Below are positions 1 to 8,164 of a DNA stretch of 50,907 nucleotides, one piece after another; positions within the stretch are counted from its first letter, which is position 1, and the number at the start of each line of letters is the position of its first letter. A model generated the notes under the pieces. It was not told the origin of the DNA and ran no database searches. It worked only from the letters and a program-made list of their open reading frames with translations. Source of the DNA: an uncultured Planctomycetales bacterium (GTDB lineage: Bacteria > Planctomycetota > PLA2 > JAEUHO01); assembly GCA_964588235.1 (NCBI GenBank), contig CAZPOZ010000001.1, forward strand, positions 1 through 50,907, written 5' to 3'. A program made the position numbers and the translations under genes.

Positions 1-582
1 GCTGCGCGCGCTCACGCGCACGCTGGCGTCCTCCGCCGTCGCGGTCCCGGGCCCGGGGGCGGGCCCGGCGACGGGCTCGGAGGCCGGCGGGGCTGCGGGG
101 GGCTCGGGCGCGGGCGGCGCGGGCGGCGCGAACGTCGGCGTGGCCGACGCCCGAGGCTCGGTGGACGCAGGCGGGGCGCGGCCCAGCGCCTGGAGCCGGG
201 CGACCAGCGCATCGATCTCCGCCGCCCGGCCGGCCAGGGCCTCGGGCGCCAGGGCCTCGGCGCGCGCGGTCACCAGCCGCAGCAGGTCGGCGCCCGCGAG
301 CAGCACGTCGATCTCGGCCGGCGGCGGGGCGCGACCGCTCTTCTGGGCGGCCACGAACACGTCCTCGAGCGCGTGGGCCACGCGCACCAACGGGTCGAGC
401 CCGACGATGCGCGCGGCGCCCTTGATCGAGTGGGCCGCGCGCATCAGCTCCTCGAGCCGCGCGGGCGCGTCGCCGGCCGACTCCAGCGCCACCAGGCCGG
501 CCTCCAGCGTCGCCGCGTAGGCTCCGGCCTCCTCGCGGAACAGGTCGAGCAGCGAGAACCCGGAGAGGTCGTCGGCGCTCAC
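1..582 (-). CDS. cheA: CheA-type histidine kinase, N-terminal HPt domain only; the gene runs off the left edge (WspE position in the operon)
   Basis: The minus-strand frame starting at GTG 582..580 reads VSADDLSGFSLLDLFREEAGAY...LEELMRAAHSIKGAARIVGL, the canonical HPt phospho-His motif (HSIKG). The start overlaps the upstream cheW stop (GTGA). It is absent from the ORF track because it has no in-window stop. Confidence 0.85.
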   Translation of the reverse strand, partial: MSADDLSGFSLLDLFREEAGAYAATLEAGLVALESAGDAPARLEELMRAAHSIKGAARIVGLDPLVRVAHALEDVFVAAQKSGRAPPPAEIDVLLAGADLLRLVTARAEALAPEALAGRAAEIDALVARLQALGRAPPASTEPRASATPTFAPPAPPAPEPPAAPPASEPVAGPAPGPGTATAEDASVRVSARS

Positions 583-1163
583 GACAGGCTCCGGGCGAGG
601 GCGGCGAACAGCCGCTCCGGGTCGAGCAGCGCGGCGCGGCCCTGCCTCGTGGCCAGCGTGGCCTCGGCGACGTGGGCCGCGGCGCGCGCCACGGTCACGG
701 GGGCGGGCGCGAGGGCCGAGCGCTCGTAGCGCCGCACGTCGAGCACGGCGTCCACCTCGACGGCGAAGCGCTGCTCCAGGCGCTCCAGGACCAGCATGCG
801 CGCCGCGCGCGAGGCCGCGGGCCGCGGGCCGGCGCCCAGCGCCGCGTGCAGGTCGGCGGCCAGCACCAGCTCGCCCCGCAGGCAGACGAGCCCGCGCAGC
901 ACGGCGTTCGTGCGCCCCGGGATGCGGTGAACGGGCCGGGTCGGATGGACCTCGCGCACGATCGCCGCCGGCAGCAGGTAGCGCTCCGTCCCCAGCAGGG
1001 CCAGCAGGCCCGGGAGGTCGCCGCGCACGTGGGGGTCGAACAGCGGCCGGGCGAGGCTGCGGGTCCACGACTCGAGGTACGCGGCCTCAGGCTCGCGGGC
1101 GAGCAGGCGCTCGGTAGCGTCGCCGGCGGCGGGGGCGTCGGCGGGGGAGGGGCGCTCGCTCAC
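579..1163 (-). CDS. cheW: CheW-like coupling protein (second CheW, WspD position)
   Basis: 194-aa ORF with CheW-domain style sequence (YLLPAAIVREVHPTRPVHRIPGRTNAVLRGLVCLRGELVL). The GTG start overlaps the cheR stop (GTGA at 1160-1163) and the stop overlaps the cheA start. Confidence 0.85.
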   Translation of the reverse strand: MSERPSPADAPAAGDATERLLAREPEAAYLESWTRSLARPLFDPHVRGDLPGLLALLGTERYLLPAAIVREVHPTRPVHRIPGRTNAVLRGLVCLRGELVLAADLHAALGAGPRPAASRAARMLVLERLEQRFAVEVDAVLDVRRYERSALAPAPVTVARAAAHVAEATLATRQGRAALLDPERLFAALARSLS

Positions 1164-2470
1164 GTGGGCAGGCTCCGCTGGCGGGCCTCAGCGCGCGTGG
1201 CGCGGGCCGTCAGCCGCTCGGCCCGCTCGTGCTCGCCCCGCTCGCGGGCGACCAGCGCGGCCAGGCGCAGCGAGGGCACGTGCTCGGGGTCGAGGTAGAG
1301 CGCCCGCGTCAGCGCCAGGTCGGCGTCGTCGCCGCGGCCGAGCGCGCGCGCCGCCACCGCACGCAGGTGGAAGGCCTCGGGGCCGGAGGGCCGGGCCGGC
1401 TCCACGGCGTGGAGCGCCGTGAGGGCCTCCTCCGCGCGGCCGGCGTCGAGCAGGGCCCGCGCGTGCTCGAGATCCCGGCCGCCGGCGCCGTCCTCCCGGG
1501 CGCCGGACGCCGGGATCGGAGGGGGCGCCGGGGCCGTGCTCGAGAGAGCCGGGCTCGGGCGGGTCGTGCTCGGGGGGGCCGGGTTCGGGCGGGCCGACGC
1601 GACCCGGGGGGGCGCGGGGGGGCGCGGGGCGGCCGCGCTCCACGGGGTCGGCGGGAGCGGGGCCGCTCCCGCAGGGGGACGCACCGCGTAGGCGTCGGGG
1701 GGCGGGGCCGGGCGGAAGCCCACGGCGCGGGCCGCCGGGACCTCCGCGTGGCCCAGCAGCAGCAGCCCGTCGGGCCGCAGCAGCCGCTCGAGGGTCTCCA
1801 GCAGGCGCAGCCGCGCCTCCTGCGTGAGGTAGATGAGCAGGTTGCGGCACAGGACGACGTCGTAGGGCGCGCCGCCCAGGCTCGCCTCGGCGCGCAGCAG
1901 GTCGGCGGTCATGAAGCGCGTGGGCGCGAGCACGGCGGGCACGAGCCGCAGGCCCCCGGGCTCGGGCAGCAGGAAGCGCGCGCGCCGCGCGTCGTCCAGG
2001 CCGCGCAGGTCGAGCGGCGAGTACAGGCCCGCCCGCGCGCGCGCCACCACGCGCGGGCTCAGGTCCACGGCGTCCAGATCCACGCGCCCGGTGTCGACGC
2101 CCGCCTCCAGCAGGGCCATCACGACCGACGCGGGCTCCTGTCCGGTGCTGCACGGGGCGCTGAGCACGCGCACGCGGGGCGCGCCGGCGTCCAGGCGCGC
2201 GCGCAGGCGGGCCGCGGCGGCCGCCAGGCTCGCCGGGTAGCGGAAGAACGAGGTCTCGTGCACGAGCAGCTCGTCCACCAGCTCGGCGCGCACGCGCGCG
2301 TCGCCCAGGACCGCGTCGGCGTAGGCCGCCAGCGTGGCCTCCTCGGGGCCCTCGGGCCCGGGGGGGTGCCCGCAGGCCGCCACGGCCCGCTCCAGCGCGC
2401 CGCGGCCCAGCGTGGCCGGGTCCAGGCCCGTCGTCTCGGCCAGCGCCTGGGCGAGCCGGCTCATGCTCAT
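1160..2470 (-). CDS. cheR: CheR-type chemotaxis protein methyltransferase with C-terminal TPR extension
   Basis: 436-aa ORF. SAM-methyltransferase CheR motifs are present (FFRYP, LSAPCSTGQEPASVVMALLE, LCRNLLIYL). The C-terminal ~100 aa are TPR-like helices. The ATG overlaps the upstream cheW stop (ATGA at 2467-2470). Confidence 0.9.
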   Translation of the reverse strand: MSMSRLAQALAETTGLDPATLGRGALERAVAACGHPPGPEGPEEATLAAYADAVLGDARVRAELVDELLVHETSFFRYPASLAAAAARLRARLDAGAPRVRVLSAPCSTGQEPASVVMALLEAGVDTGRVDLDAVDLSPRVVARARAGLYSPLDLRGLDDARRARFLLPEPGGLRLVPAVLAPTRFMTADLLRAEASLGGAPYDVVLCRNLLIYLTQEARLRLLETLERLLRPDGLLLLGHAEVPAARAVGFRPAPPPDAYAVRPPAGAAPLPPTPWSAAAPRPPAPPRVASARPNPAPPSTTRPSPALSSTAPAPPPIPASGAREDGAGGRDLEHARALLDAGRAEEALTALHAVEPARPSGPEAFHLRAVAARALGRGDDADLALTRALYLDPEHVPSLRLAALVARERGEHERAERLTARATRAEARQRSLPT

Positions 2471-3000
2471 CGGGCGCCGTCCGTCGAGCCGTCCGCGGCC
2501 GCCTCGGGGCGCTCGAGCGAGGCCCAGACCGCCTCGGGGAGCAGGTCGCGCACCTCGACCAGCTGCACGAGCCCGCGCGCGTCGCGGGTCACGCGGCCGA
2601 GCGCGGGCAGGGCCGGCGCGACGGGGCCCGCGTGGCTGCCGGGCGCCTCCGGGTCCAGGGGGCCGGCCTCGAGCATGCGCTCGGCGAGCAGGCCCAGGAG
2701 GCGGCGCGGGCGCCCGGCCTCGGCCTCGCTGCCATAGGGGCGCGAGGCGCCCTCGGGATCGACGACGGCGATGCGCGTGGAGAGCCGCGCCGGGGCCGGC
2801 CCGTGGCCGAACAGCGCGCAGAGGTCCACGACGGGGATCACCTGCCCGCGGTAGGAGAGCAGCCCGGCCACGCCGGGGAGGGTGCCGGGCACGGGCCGGA
2901 GCGGCACGCGCGGCAGCACCTCCGTGACGCGGGCGCTGGGCACGGCGTAGCGTTCGGCCCCCACGCCGAAGTGCAGCACGTGGACGGTCGGGTGGGACAC
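2467..3000 (-). CDS. cheW: CheW-like coupling protein (first CheW, WspB position)
   Basis: Only the last 178 codons of the 709-aa track ORF 2467..4596 are protein-like. GTG at 3000 gives VSHPTVHVLHFGVGAERYAVPSARVTEVLPRVPLRPVPGTLPGVAGLLSYRGQVIPVVDL, a CheW fold signature. It starts 5 nt after the MCP stop. Confidence 0.85.
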   Translation of the reverse strand: MSHPTVHVLHFGVGAERYAVPSARVTEVLPRVPLRPVPGTLPGVAGLLSYRGQVIPVVDLCALFGHGPAPARLSTRIAVVDPEGASRPYGSEAEAGRPRRLLGLLAERMLEAGPLDPEAPGSHAGPVAPALPALGRVTRDARGLVQLVEVRDLLPEAVWASLERPEAAADGSTDGAR

Positions 3001-3005
3001 CCCGG

Positions 3006-4661
3006 TCAGTCCTCGAGCTTGAACTTGCCGAGCTCGGCCTTGAGCCCGTCCACGGCCGACTTCATCGCCTCGGCGGCCTGGGTGAACTCCTGGAGCGAGC
3101 GGGCGGTGGTCTTGACGTTCTCGGTCAGGCCGCCCATGGCCTCGCTGATCTGCCGGGCGCCCAGGTTCTGGCTGGCCATGCCCTCGCTGACCTGGCCGAA
3201 GCGGTCGGTGAGCACCTCGACGCGCTCGAGGATCTGGCCGAGCTTCTGGCCGACGGCGCCGACCTCCTCGACGCTGCGGCGCACCTGGGCGGTGAAGCGG
3301 TCCATCTCCATCACGCCGGCGGAGACGGCGCCCTGCATCTGCTGGACGGTCTGCTCGATGTCCAGGGTGGCGGAGGCGGTCTGGTCGGCCAGCCGGCGGA
3401 TCTCGCGGGCCACCACGAGGAAGCCGCGTCCGTACTCGCCGGCCTTCTCGGCCTCGATGGCCGCGTTGATCGAGAGCAGGTTCGTCTGGTCGGCCACCTT
3501 GGTGATCGTGGTGACCACGCCGGTGATGTCGCGGGCCTTGGTGGCGATGCTCTCCAGCCGGGCCGAGATCGAGCCGCTGCTCTGGGAGAGCAGGCCCATG
3601 GAGGCCTGCATGTCGGCCAGGCTCGAGCGGCCGGCGGTGGCGATGGCGGCGGAGTCCTTGGCGACGGCGCCGACCTCGCTCATCGTGGTGGCCAGCTCGG
3701 CGCCGGTGGCGCTGATCTCCTTCACGGCGGCGGCGATCTGGGTGGTGGCGGCGCCGAACCCGGCGATCGTGGCCTCCTGCTCGTGGCTGGTGGCGGCCAT
3801 CTCGGTGGCGGTGCTGCGCAGCGAGATCGTGGAGCCCTTCACCGCGCGCACGAGGGTGGCGATCTTGCCCACGAAGGCGTCGATCCAGCGGGCGAGCTGT
3901 CCCACCTCGTCGTCGCCTCGCAGGGCGAGGCGGGCCGAGAGGTCGGCATCGGCCTCGGCCATCGTGCGCATGCGCTCGGTGAGGGCGCGCATGGAGGCCA
4001 GCACGCTGCGCAGGATGAGCCCGCCGACGAGGGCCAGCACGGCCAGCACGACCAGGCTGACCACGAGGGCCAGGCGCCGGCCGGAGGCGACGGCCTCCTG
4101 GGCGTCGGACTCGTGGGCGCGCACGAGCGCCTGCGCGGCCTCGACGGCCTTGCCGACGGCGGCGCGGTGGTCGGCGTCGAGGGCGTCGAGGCGGTCGGCG
4201 AGCAGCTCGGCGGCGGCGGTGCGGTCGGCGGAGGCCAGGGCGGGGAGCAGGCGTTCCTCGACGGCGCGGAACAGGTCCTGCGCGCTGCGGTGGGCGCGCA
4301 CGAGCAGCTCCTCGGCGAGCTGGCGTTCGGGTCCGGTGGCGGCGGTGCGGTCGAGGCGGCCGGCCCAGTGGGCGTGGCGTTCGTCGTACTCGACGCGGGC
4401 GCGGGCGAAGTCGCGGGCGAGCTGGTCGCGGGCGGCGGGGGAGCGGGCCGCCGCCATCTGGTGGGCGATGAGGAAGGGCTCGACGACGAAGAGGGGCGGG
4501 GGGAGGACGTCGGCGATGACATCCTTGTCCTGGACGACCTGCAGGTAGATGGGGCCGTTGATCATGACCCGCATCAGGGTGCTGCCGGCGATCCACACGA
4601 GGGCGCCGTAGCCGGCGAGGAACAGGACCCCGACGAGCAGGAAACGGCCCTTGAAGCTCAT
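3006..4661 (-). CDS. Methyl-accepting chemotaxis protein (2 TM segments, helical sensor, HAMP, MA domain)
   Basis: In-frame ATG at 4661 (MSFKGRFLLVGVLFLAGYGALVW) with GGAGG about 10 nt upstream. It has a HAMP segment and the highly conserved hairpin DQTNLLSINAAIEAEKAGEYGRGFLVVAREIRRLADQT. The upstream part of track ORF 3006..5297 is R/P/G-rich junk. Confidence 0.92.
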   Translation of the reverse strand: MSFKGRFLLVGVLFLAGYGALVWIAGSTLMRVMINGPIYLQVVQDKDVIADVLPPPLFVVEPFLIAHQMAAARSPAARDQLARDFARARVEYDERHAHWAGRLDRTAATGPERQLAEELLVRAHRSAQDLFRAVEERLLPALASADRTAAAELLADRLDALDADHRAAVGKAVEAAQALVRAHESDAQEAVASGRRLALVVSLVVLAVLALVGGLILRSVLASMRALTERMRTMAEADADLSARLALRGDDEVGQLARWIDAFVGKIATLVRAVKGSTISLRSTATEMAATSHEQEATIAGFGAATTQIAAAVKEISATGAELATTMSEVGAVAKDSAAIATAGRSSLADMQASMGLLSQSSGSISARLESIATKARDITGVVTTITKVADQTNLLSINAAIEAEKAGEYGRGFLVVAREIRRLADQTASATLDIEQTVQQMQGAVSAGVMEMDRFTAQVRRSVEEVGAVGQKLGQILERVEVLTDRFGQVSEGMASQNLGARQISEAMGGLTENVKTTARSLQEFTQAAEAMKSAVDGLKAELGKFKLED

Positions 4662-4828
4662 GGACGCGGCGCCTCCGCCCGGGCCGGCCGCCCGGCCCCG
4701 GGGAGGGGAGTGTAGCGGGGGTGGCTCGCGGGGCCGACGGGCGCCTCGAGGAGCGTGCGCCTCGCCCCGTCCGAGGCCGGTCGTCGCGGGCACCCGCGGC
4801 TCTTCGGCGGGCGCACGCCGTGGAGGGC

Positions 4829-6862
4829 CTACTTCGCCACGGCCTGCCAGTCGCCCACGGGCAGGTAGGCCCCCGCCGGGGTGACCAGCAACAGCCGGGC
4901 CTCGAGCCCTTCGCGCGGGAGGGGCGGGCGTTCCACGCGGAGCTCCGTCGCGGCCCACGAGTCCGGAAGGGGGAGGCGCTTGCGGGAGGGGCTCTCCTTG
5001 AGCAGGTCCGTACGCGCGTAGCCGTCCGTAATGATCATCGCGCTCAAGTGGTCCGAGATGCCTGCGTCGGGGTCTCCTGGCTCGAGGGCGGCGCCCGCGG
5101 GGTGCGTGGCTTGGATGGCGCGGGCGCCGAGCGTGCCGTCGGCCCGCGACGTCAAGCGAAAGAGGACCTCCCATCGCGGGGCCAGCCCCGTGCCGGTGAT
5201 CAGGCCGCGCGCGACCGCGCGGTCCCGCACGCCGATCGGAGGGCGCTCGAGCGGAACCACGGTCCCGGAGGCCGGGTCGACCAAGACTGCGGGCCACTCC
5301 TGCAGTGCGCCGTGGTGACGATCCCCGTCTCGAACGAGGCGGACCCAGGCGTGGGAGCGGGCGTCGCGCCCGAAGTAGGCCGTGCTGCGGAACTCGAGGA
5401 CCGCGTCTACGGACGGCGGAAGGCTCACGCCGCCATCGAGGTTGACGATGGGCATGTCGCTCGGGAAGCGGAACTCCGCCCGGAGGCTCGGCAGGCGCGT
5501 CCAGGTCACGGGGCAGGCGTTAGGGCAGCCTGTCTGCAGCGCCTCCAGCCAAGCGGCCCAGGCGTCCAGTCGGGCTGCGTCGATGACCGCGGTGTAGACC
5601 GCGTGCAACTCCCCCGTGGGCCGGGCATCCGGCATCCAGACCGAGAGGCCGAGGTCGGGGGTGTGCGCGGGGGACCCCGAGCGGCTCGCGATCACCGCGG
5701 CTTGGACGGCGGTTTGGAGTCCCGTGGCCGCCTTGCGCAGGCCGTCGTCCGTTGCCGAAGACTCCAGCTCCCTCGCCATCCTGCCGAGGTCGTAGGCTTG
5801 GCAGCGGAACCCCTTCCCGGAGCAGCTCGCCCACCAATCGGCCAGGTAGCCGAGCCAGCTGCCCTCCGGGCAGTAGCGTTGGTCGCACAGGGGATCGCAG
5901 GTCGTCGTCGCGACGAGCCAGGTGGTGAGTGCCTGCCCCAGCCCGGCCACTGCATCGCGCACCGTGAGTACAGCGGTAGAGTCGAGCGCCACGAGCGTGT
6001 CGAGAATCTCGGGTTCCTGGGCGCCGCCGAGGTCCCCTGGGCAGTCCCTTCGGCGGCGGGCGTTGAAGCACTCTGCGACGATGTGCCGGGCCAGCTGCTT
6101 GGGCATCAAGGTCGAGGCTGTCTCCGCAACGTGCGTGAGCACGCGGCCGTGTCGGATCCGTTGGGAGAATAGGCGGTCAGCGCTGGCTACGACGTACGAA
6201 GGAACGCGGCTGGACCCCAGGTGCTCGCAGAGCGCCGCCGCCACTTCGATCGAAGCCATGTTGCAGACGTCGAGAACGAGCACGTCGATTGGGCGCGCCG
6301 TCTCGGACGGCGCGCCCGATGGCTGGATGCCGTTCGCCACCCCGTCCATCCGCAGCGTCGTCTCGTGGACGTTGCCCCCGCCGGCCGTGTAGCCACCCCA
6401 ACCAGCGGCGTGCCCCTTGAGGGTCAGCAGGCGCCTTGCGGCGGGGCCTGCCCGCAGCATCTCCTGCACGAACCGGCGGAGGGTGTCACCCGAGCCCATG
6501 TCGCAGGTGCCCCAGTCGTCCTCCTCCGTCGAAGGGCTCAGGCCTTCCGGTCCGAAGCGAAGCAGGCGTGCACCGGCCCAGTTCCCCGCAGAGCCCACCG
6601 GACGGACATCCAGCTCCGACCCGCTCTCGCCCTGTCCCTGCCCGCGGTCCAGCAGGACGAGCACGCGCACGGACTCCGGCAGAGCCGACCGCTGCGCAGC
6701 CAGAGCCACGTCCACGCACTCGCGCTCCAGGTCTCCCTCGCCTGCCAGGTAGTACCCCAGGACCCACTGGACCCCCGCAGCTGCCCCGGCAGGAGGTCCA
6801 CTCTGGAGTGCGGCGATCAGGAGCAGCGCCGCGCGAAGGCCCGTACGGCCAACTCGGGTCAT
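4829..6862 (-). CDS. Exported clostripain-like cysteine peptidase (MEROPS family C11, clan CD) with large C-terminal extension
   Basis: In-frame ATG at 6862 gives signal-peptide-like MTRVGRTGLRAALLLIAALQSGPPAGAAAG, with GGAGG 6 nt upstream. C11 layout is present: WVLGYYLAGEGDLE...VRVLVLLDR, His-Gly dyad LTLKGHAAGWGG, catalytic Cys LVLDVCNMASIE. The family call is from motif memory, not a search. Confidence 0.75.
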   Translation of the reverse strand: MTRVGRTGLRAALLLIAALQSGPPAGAAAGVQWVLGYYLAGEGDLERECVDVALAAQRSALPESVRVLVLLDRGQGQGESGSELDVRPVGSAGNWAGARLLRFGPEGLSPSTEEDDWGTCDMGSGDTLRRFVQEMLRAGPAARRLLTLKGHAAGWGGYTAGGGNVHETTLRMDGVANGIQPSGAPSETARPIDVLVLDVCNMASIEVAAALCEHLGSSRVPSYVVASADRLFSQRIRHGRVLTHVAETASTLMPKQLARHIVAECFNARRRRDCPGDLGGAQEPEILDTLVALDSTAVLTVRDAVAGLGQALTTWLVATTTCDPLCDQRYCPEGSWLGYLADWWASCSGKGFRCQAYDLGRMARELESSATDDGLRKAATGLQTAVQAAVIASRSGSPAHTPDLGLSVWMPDARPTGELHAVYTAVIDAARLDAWAAWLEALQTGCPNACPVTWTRLPSLRAEFRFPSDMPIVNLDGGVSLPPSVDAVLEFRSTAYFGRDARSHAWVRLVRDGDRHHGALQEWPAVLVDPASGTVVPLERPPIGVRDRAVARGLITGTGLAPRWEVLFRLTSRADGTLGARAIQATHPAGAALEPGDPDAGISDHLSAMIITDGYARTDLLKESPSRKRLPLPDSWAATELRVERPPLPREGLEARLLLVTPAGAYLPVGDWQAVAK

Positions 6863-6939
6863 GCAGGCCTCCTTCGATGCGCCCTGTCGCGGAGTCGGGC
6901 GCGCGCGAGCTCGCCGCCAGGGTGCTCCACCAGGGAAGC

Positions 6940-6964
6940 GGCCCGCCGGTGGAGCCGGCGGGCC
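6940..6964 (-). terminator. Perfect 10-bp GC hairpin between the orphan lipoprotein gene and the C11 gene
   Basis: GGCCCGCCGG-tggag-CCGGCGGGCC at 6940-6949 / 6955-6964, 14 nt downstream of the lipoprotein stop (6979). There is no U-tract, so it could be a terminator, an attenuator or an mRNA-stability element. Confidence 0.4.
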
Positions 6965-6978
6965 GCCCAGGCGCGGCG

Positions 6979-8010
6979 TCAGCGCACCTGGTTTTCCTCC
7001 CAGTACCCGTTGTCGGGCGAAGCGGCTCCTGCGGCCTTGCTCTTGTGACGCATCCACCAATCGGCACGATCGTCATTGGCGGTGGCGGTGCCAGCCTCGT
7101 GCACGAACTCCACCATCTTCAGACGGAAGTCACCGCTCCACTCCATGATGTACGACGCGGACCAATTGGACCCCGCCGTGATGGTCGTCTGGATCTCGAC
7201 CTTCGTGATGTTCCGGCTCCAGGGGTCGGTGGACGGCGGGGCGAAGTCCAACTCCTGACCCTGCGCCACACCCGTGCCGCCGAACGTGGAGTCGTCCCAC
7301 TGCGCGGACCCGGTCGGGTAAATCTTGGTGCCGTTGTCTCCGAACAGGCGGAAGCGGGCGTACACCGGCGCTCCGAAGTCGGCCTGACGGGCATTGCGCA
7401 GCCGCAGCCGCTCGAAGGTGATGTCGCCCTGGGGCTTGTCGTCGTCCTTCTGGCCCCGTTCGGCGGCCCCGGGCGTAGCCGGCGAGAGTGCGGGCGGCGA
7501 TTGGCCCGTGTCGTCGTTGTACCAATCGAAGACGCGATTCGCTGGCGATCCCTCGGAGCGATAGATGACTGCGTCCACCCCGTTGCTTCCCCCGTCCGCG
7601 TGTGCCACGATGAGCGCAGCGATGATGCTCTCATCGGTCACGCTGAACTCGTGCTTCTTCGAGCCTGCGGCACCCATCATGATGAAGACCGTCACGGAGC
7701 GTACGTAGGCCCCCTGCGGCACAGCAGCAAGATCAGGTGTCAGGCGCTCACCCTGGTTCAGCGGGCTGGAGTAGACGTACTGCTGCGGGAAGCTTCCTTG
7801 GCGCGTGTGAACCTGCCAAGCCACCTGAATGGGGGTGGCTCGCTGGTTGACCAGCCTCAGCCGCTCGAAGGGCACGTCGGCGCGGACTCGGCACTGGCGG
7901 CGCGGCGCGCCCCAGCTGTCCGACTTCGATCCGAACAGGGCGCAGGCGAGCAGGACCAGCGCCAGCAACGGAAGCCGCCAGCGCGGCACGGACGACGGAA
8001 CTCGACTCAT
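6979..8010 (-). CDS. Orphan lipoprotein made of two tandem ~150-aa repeats (function unknown)
   Basis: ATG at 8010 gives MSRVPSSVPRWRLPLLALVLLAC with an LLAC lipobox. Composition is protein-like with non-repetitive aromatics. Two repeats open with PFERLRLVNQRA and TFERLRLRNARQ, 151 codons apart. I recognise no known domain. Confidence 0.7.
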   Translation of the reverse strand: MSRVPSSVPRWRLPLLALVLLACALFGSKSDSWGAPRRQCRVRADVPFERLRLVNQRATPIQVAWQVHTRQGSFPQQYVYSSPLNQGERLTPDLAAVPQGAYVRSVTVFIMMGAAGSKKHEFSVTDESIIAALIVAHADGGSNGVDAVIYRSEGSPANRVFDWYNDDTGQSPPALSPATPGAAERGQKDDDKPQGDITFERLRLRNARQADFGAPVYARFRLFGDNGTKIYPTGSAQWDDSTFGGTGVAQGQELDFAPPSTDPWSRNITKVEIQTTITAGSNWSASYIMEWSGDFRLKMVEFVHEAGTATANDDRADWWMRHKSKAAGAASPDNGYWEENQVR

Positions 8011-8068
8011 GCGCTTCCTCCAACTCGCGGCCACTTGCCGCGGAACGTCCTTCGGGGGGGGGCGGGAA

Positions 8069-8098
8069 ACCCTAGCCCCACGCGACCGGTCGCGTCAA
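8069..8098 (-). promoter_or_regulatory. Candidate sigma-70-like promoter with an embedded perfect 14-bp palindrome, upstream of the orphan lipoprotein gene
   Basis: The minus strand reads TTGACG (8098..8093), an 18-nt spacer, then TAGGGT (8074..8069). The palindrome CGCGACC|GGTCGCG (8081-8094) fills the spacer. It lies about 60 nt upstream of the ATG at 8010. Confidence 0.3.
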
Positions 8099-8164
8099 GA
8101 GGGCTCGCCGCGCATGAGACGCCCGCATCGCGCCGCGCGAGTGTCGGGGCCGTCCCGCCCGGGT

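Noticed and set aside
12-212. 66-aa Pro/Arg-rich ORF on the minus strand at the left edge.
   Set aside because: It is in a different frame from the CheA HPt reading frame that contains HSIKG, and its composition is low-complexity.
3001-4596. Upstream 530 codons of track ORF 2467..4596 (-), which would make a 709-aa CheW-containing protein.
   Set aside because: This part is R/P/G-rich and lies out of frame over the MCP gene, whose signalling-hairpin motif is unmistakable. Only the last 178 codons (from GTG at 3000) look like CheW.
4662-4828. Promoter and terminator elements between the C11 stop and the MCP start: TACACT as a -10 candidate (4714..4709) and the CGCGGG-ca-CCCGCG hairpin (4784-4797).
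   Set aside because: No acceptable -35 lies at 17-18 nt. The hairpin has only a 6-bp stem and a 2-nt loop. This is too weak to list as features.
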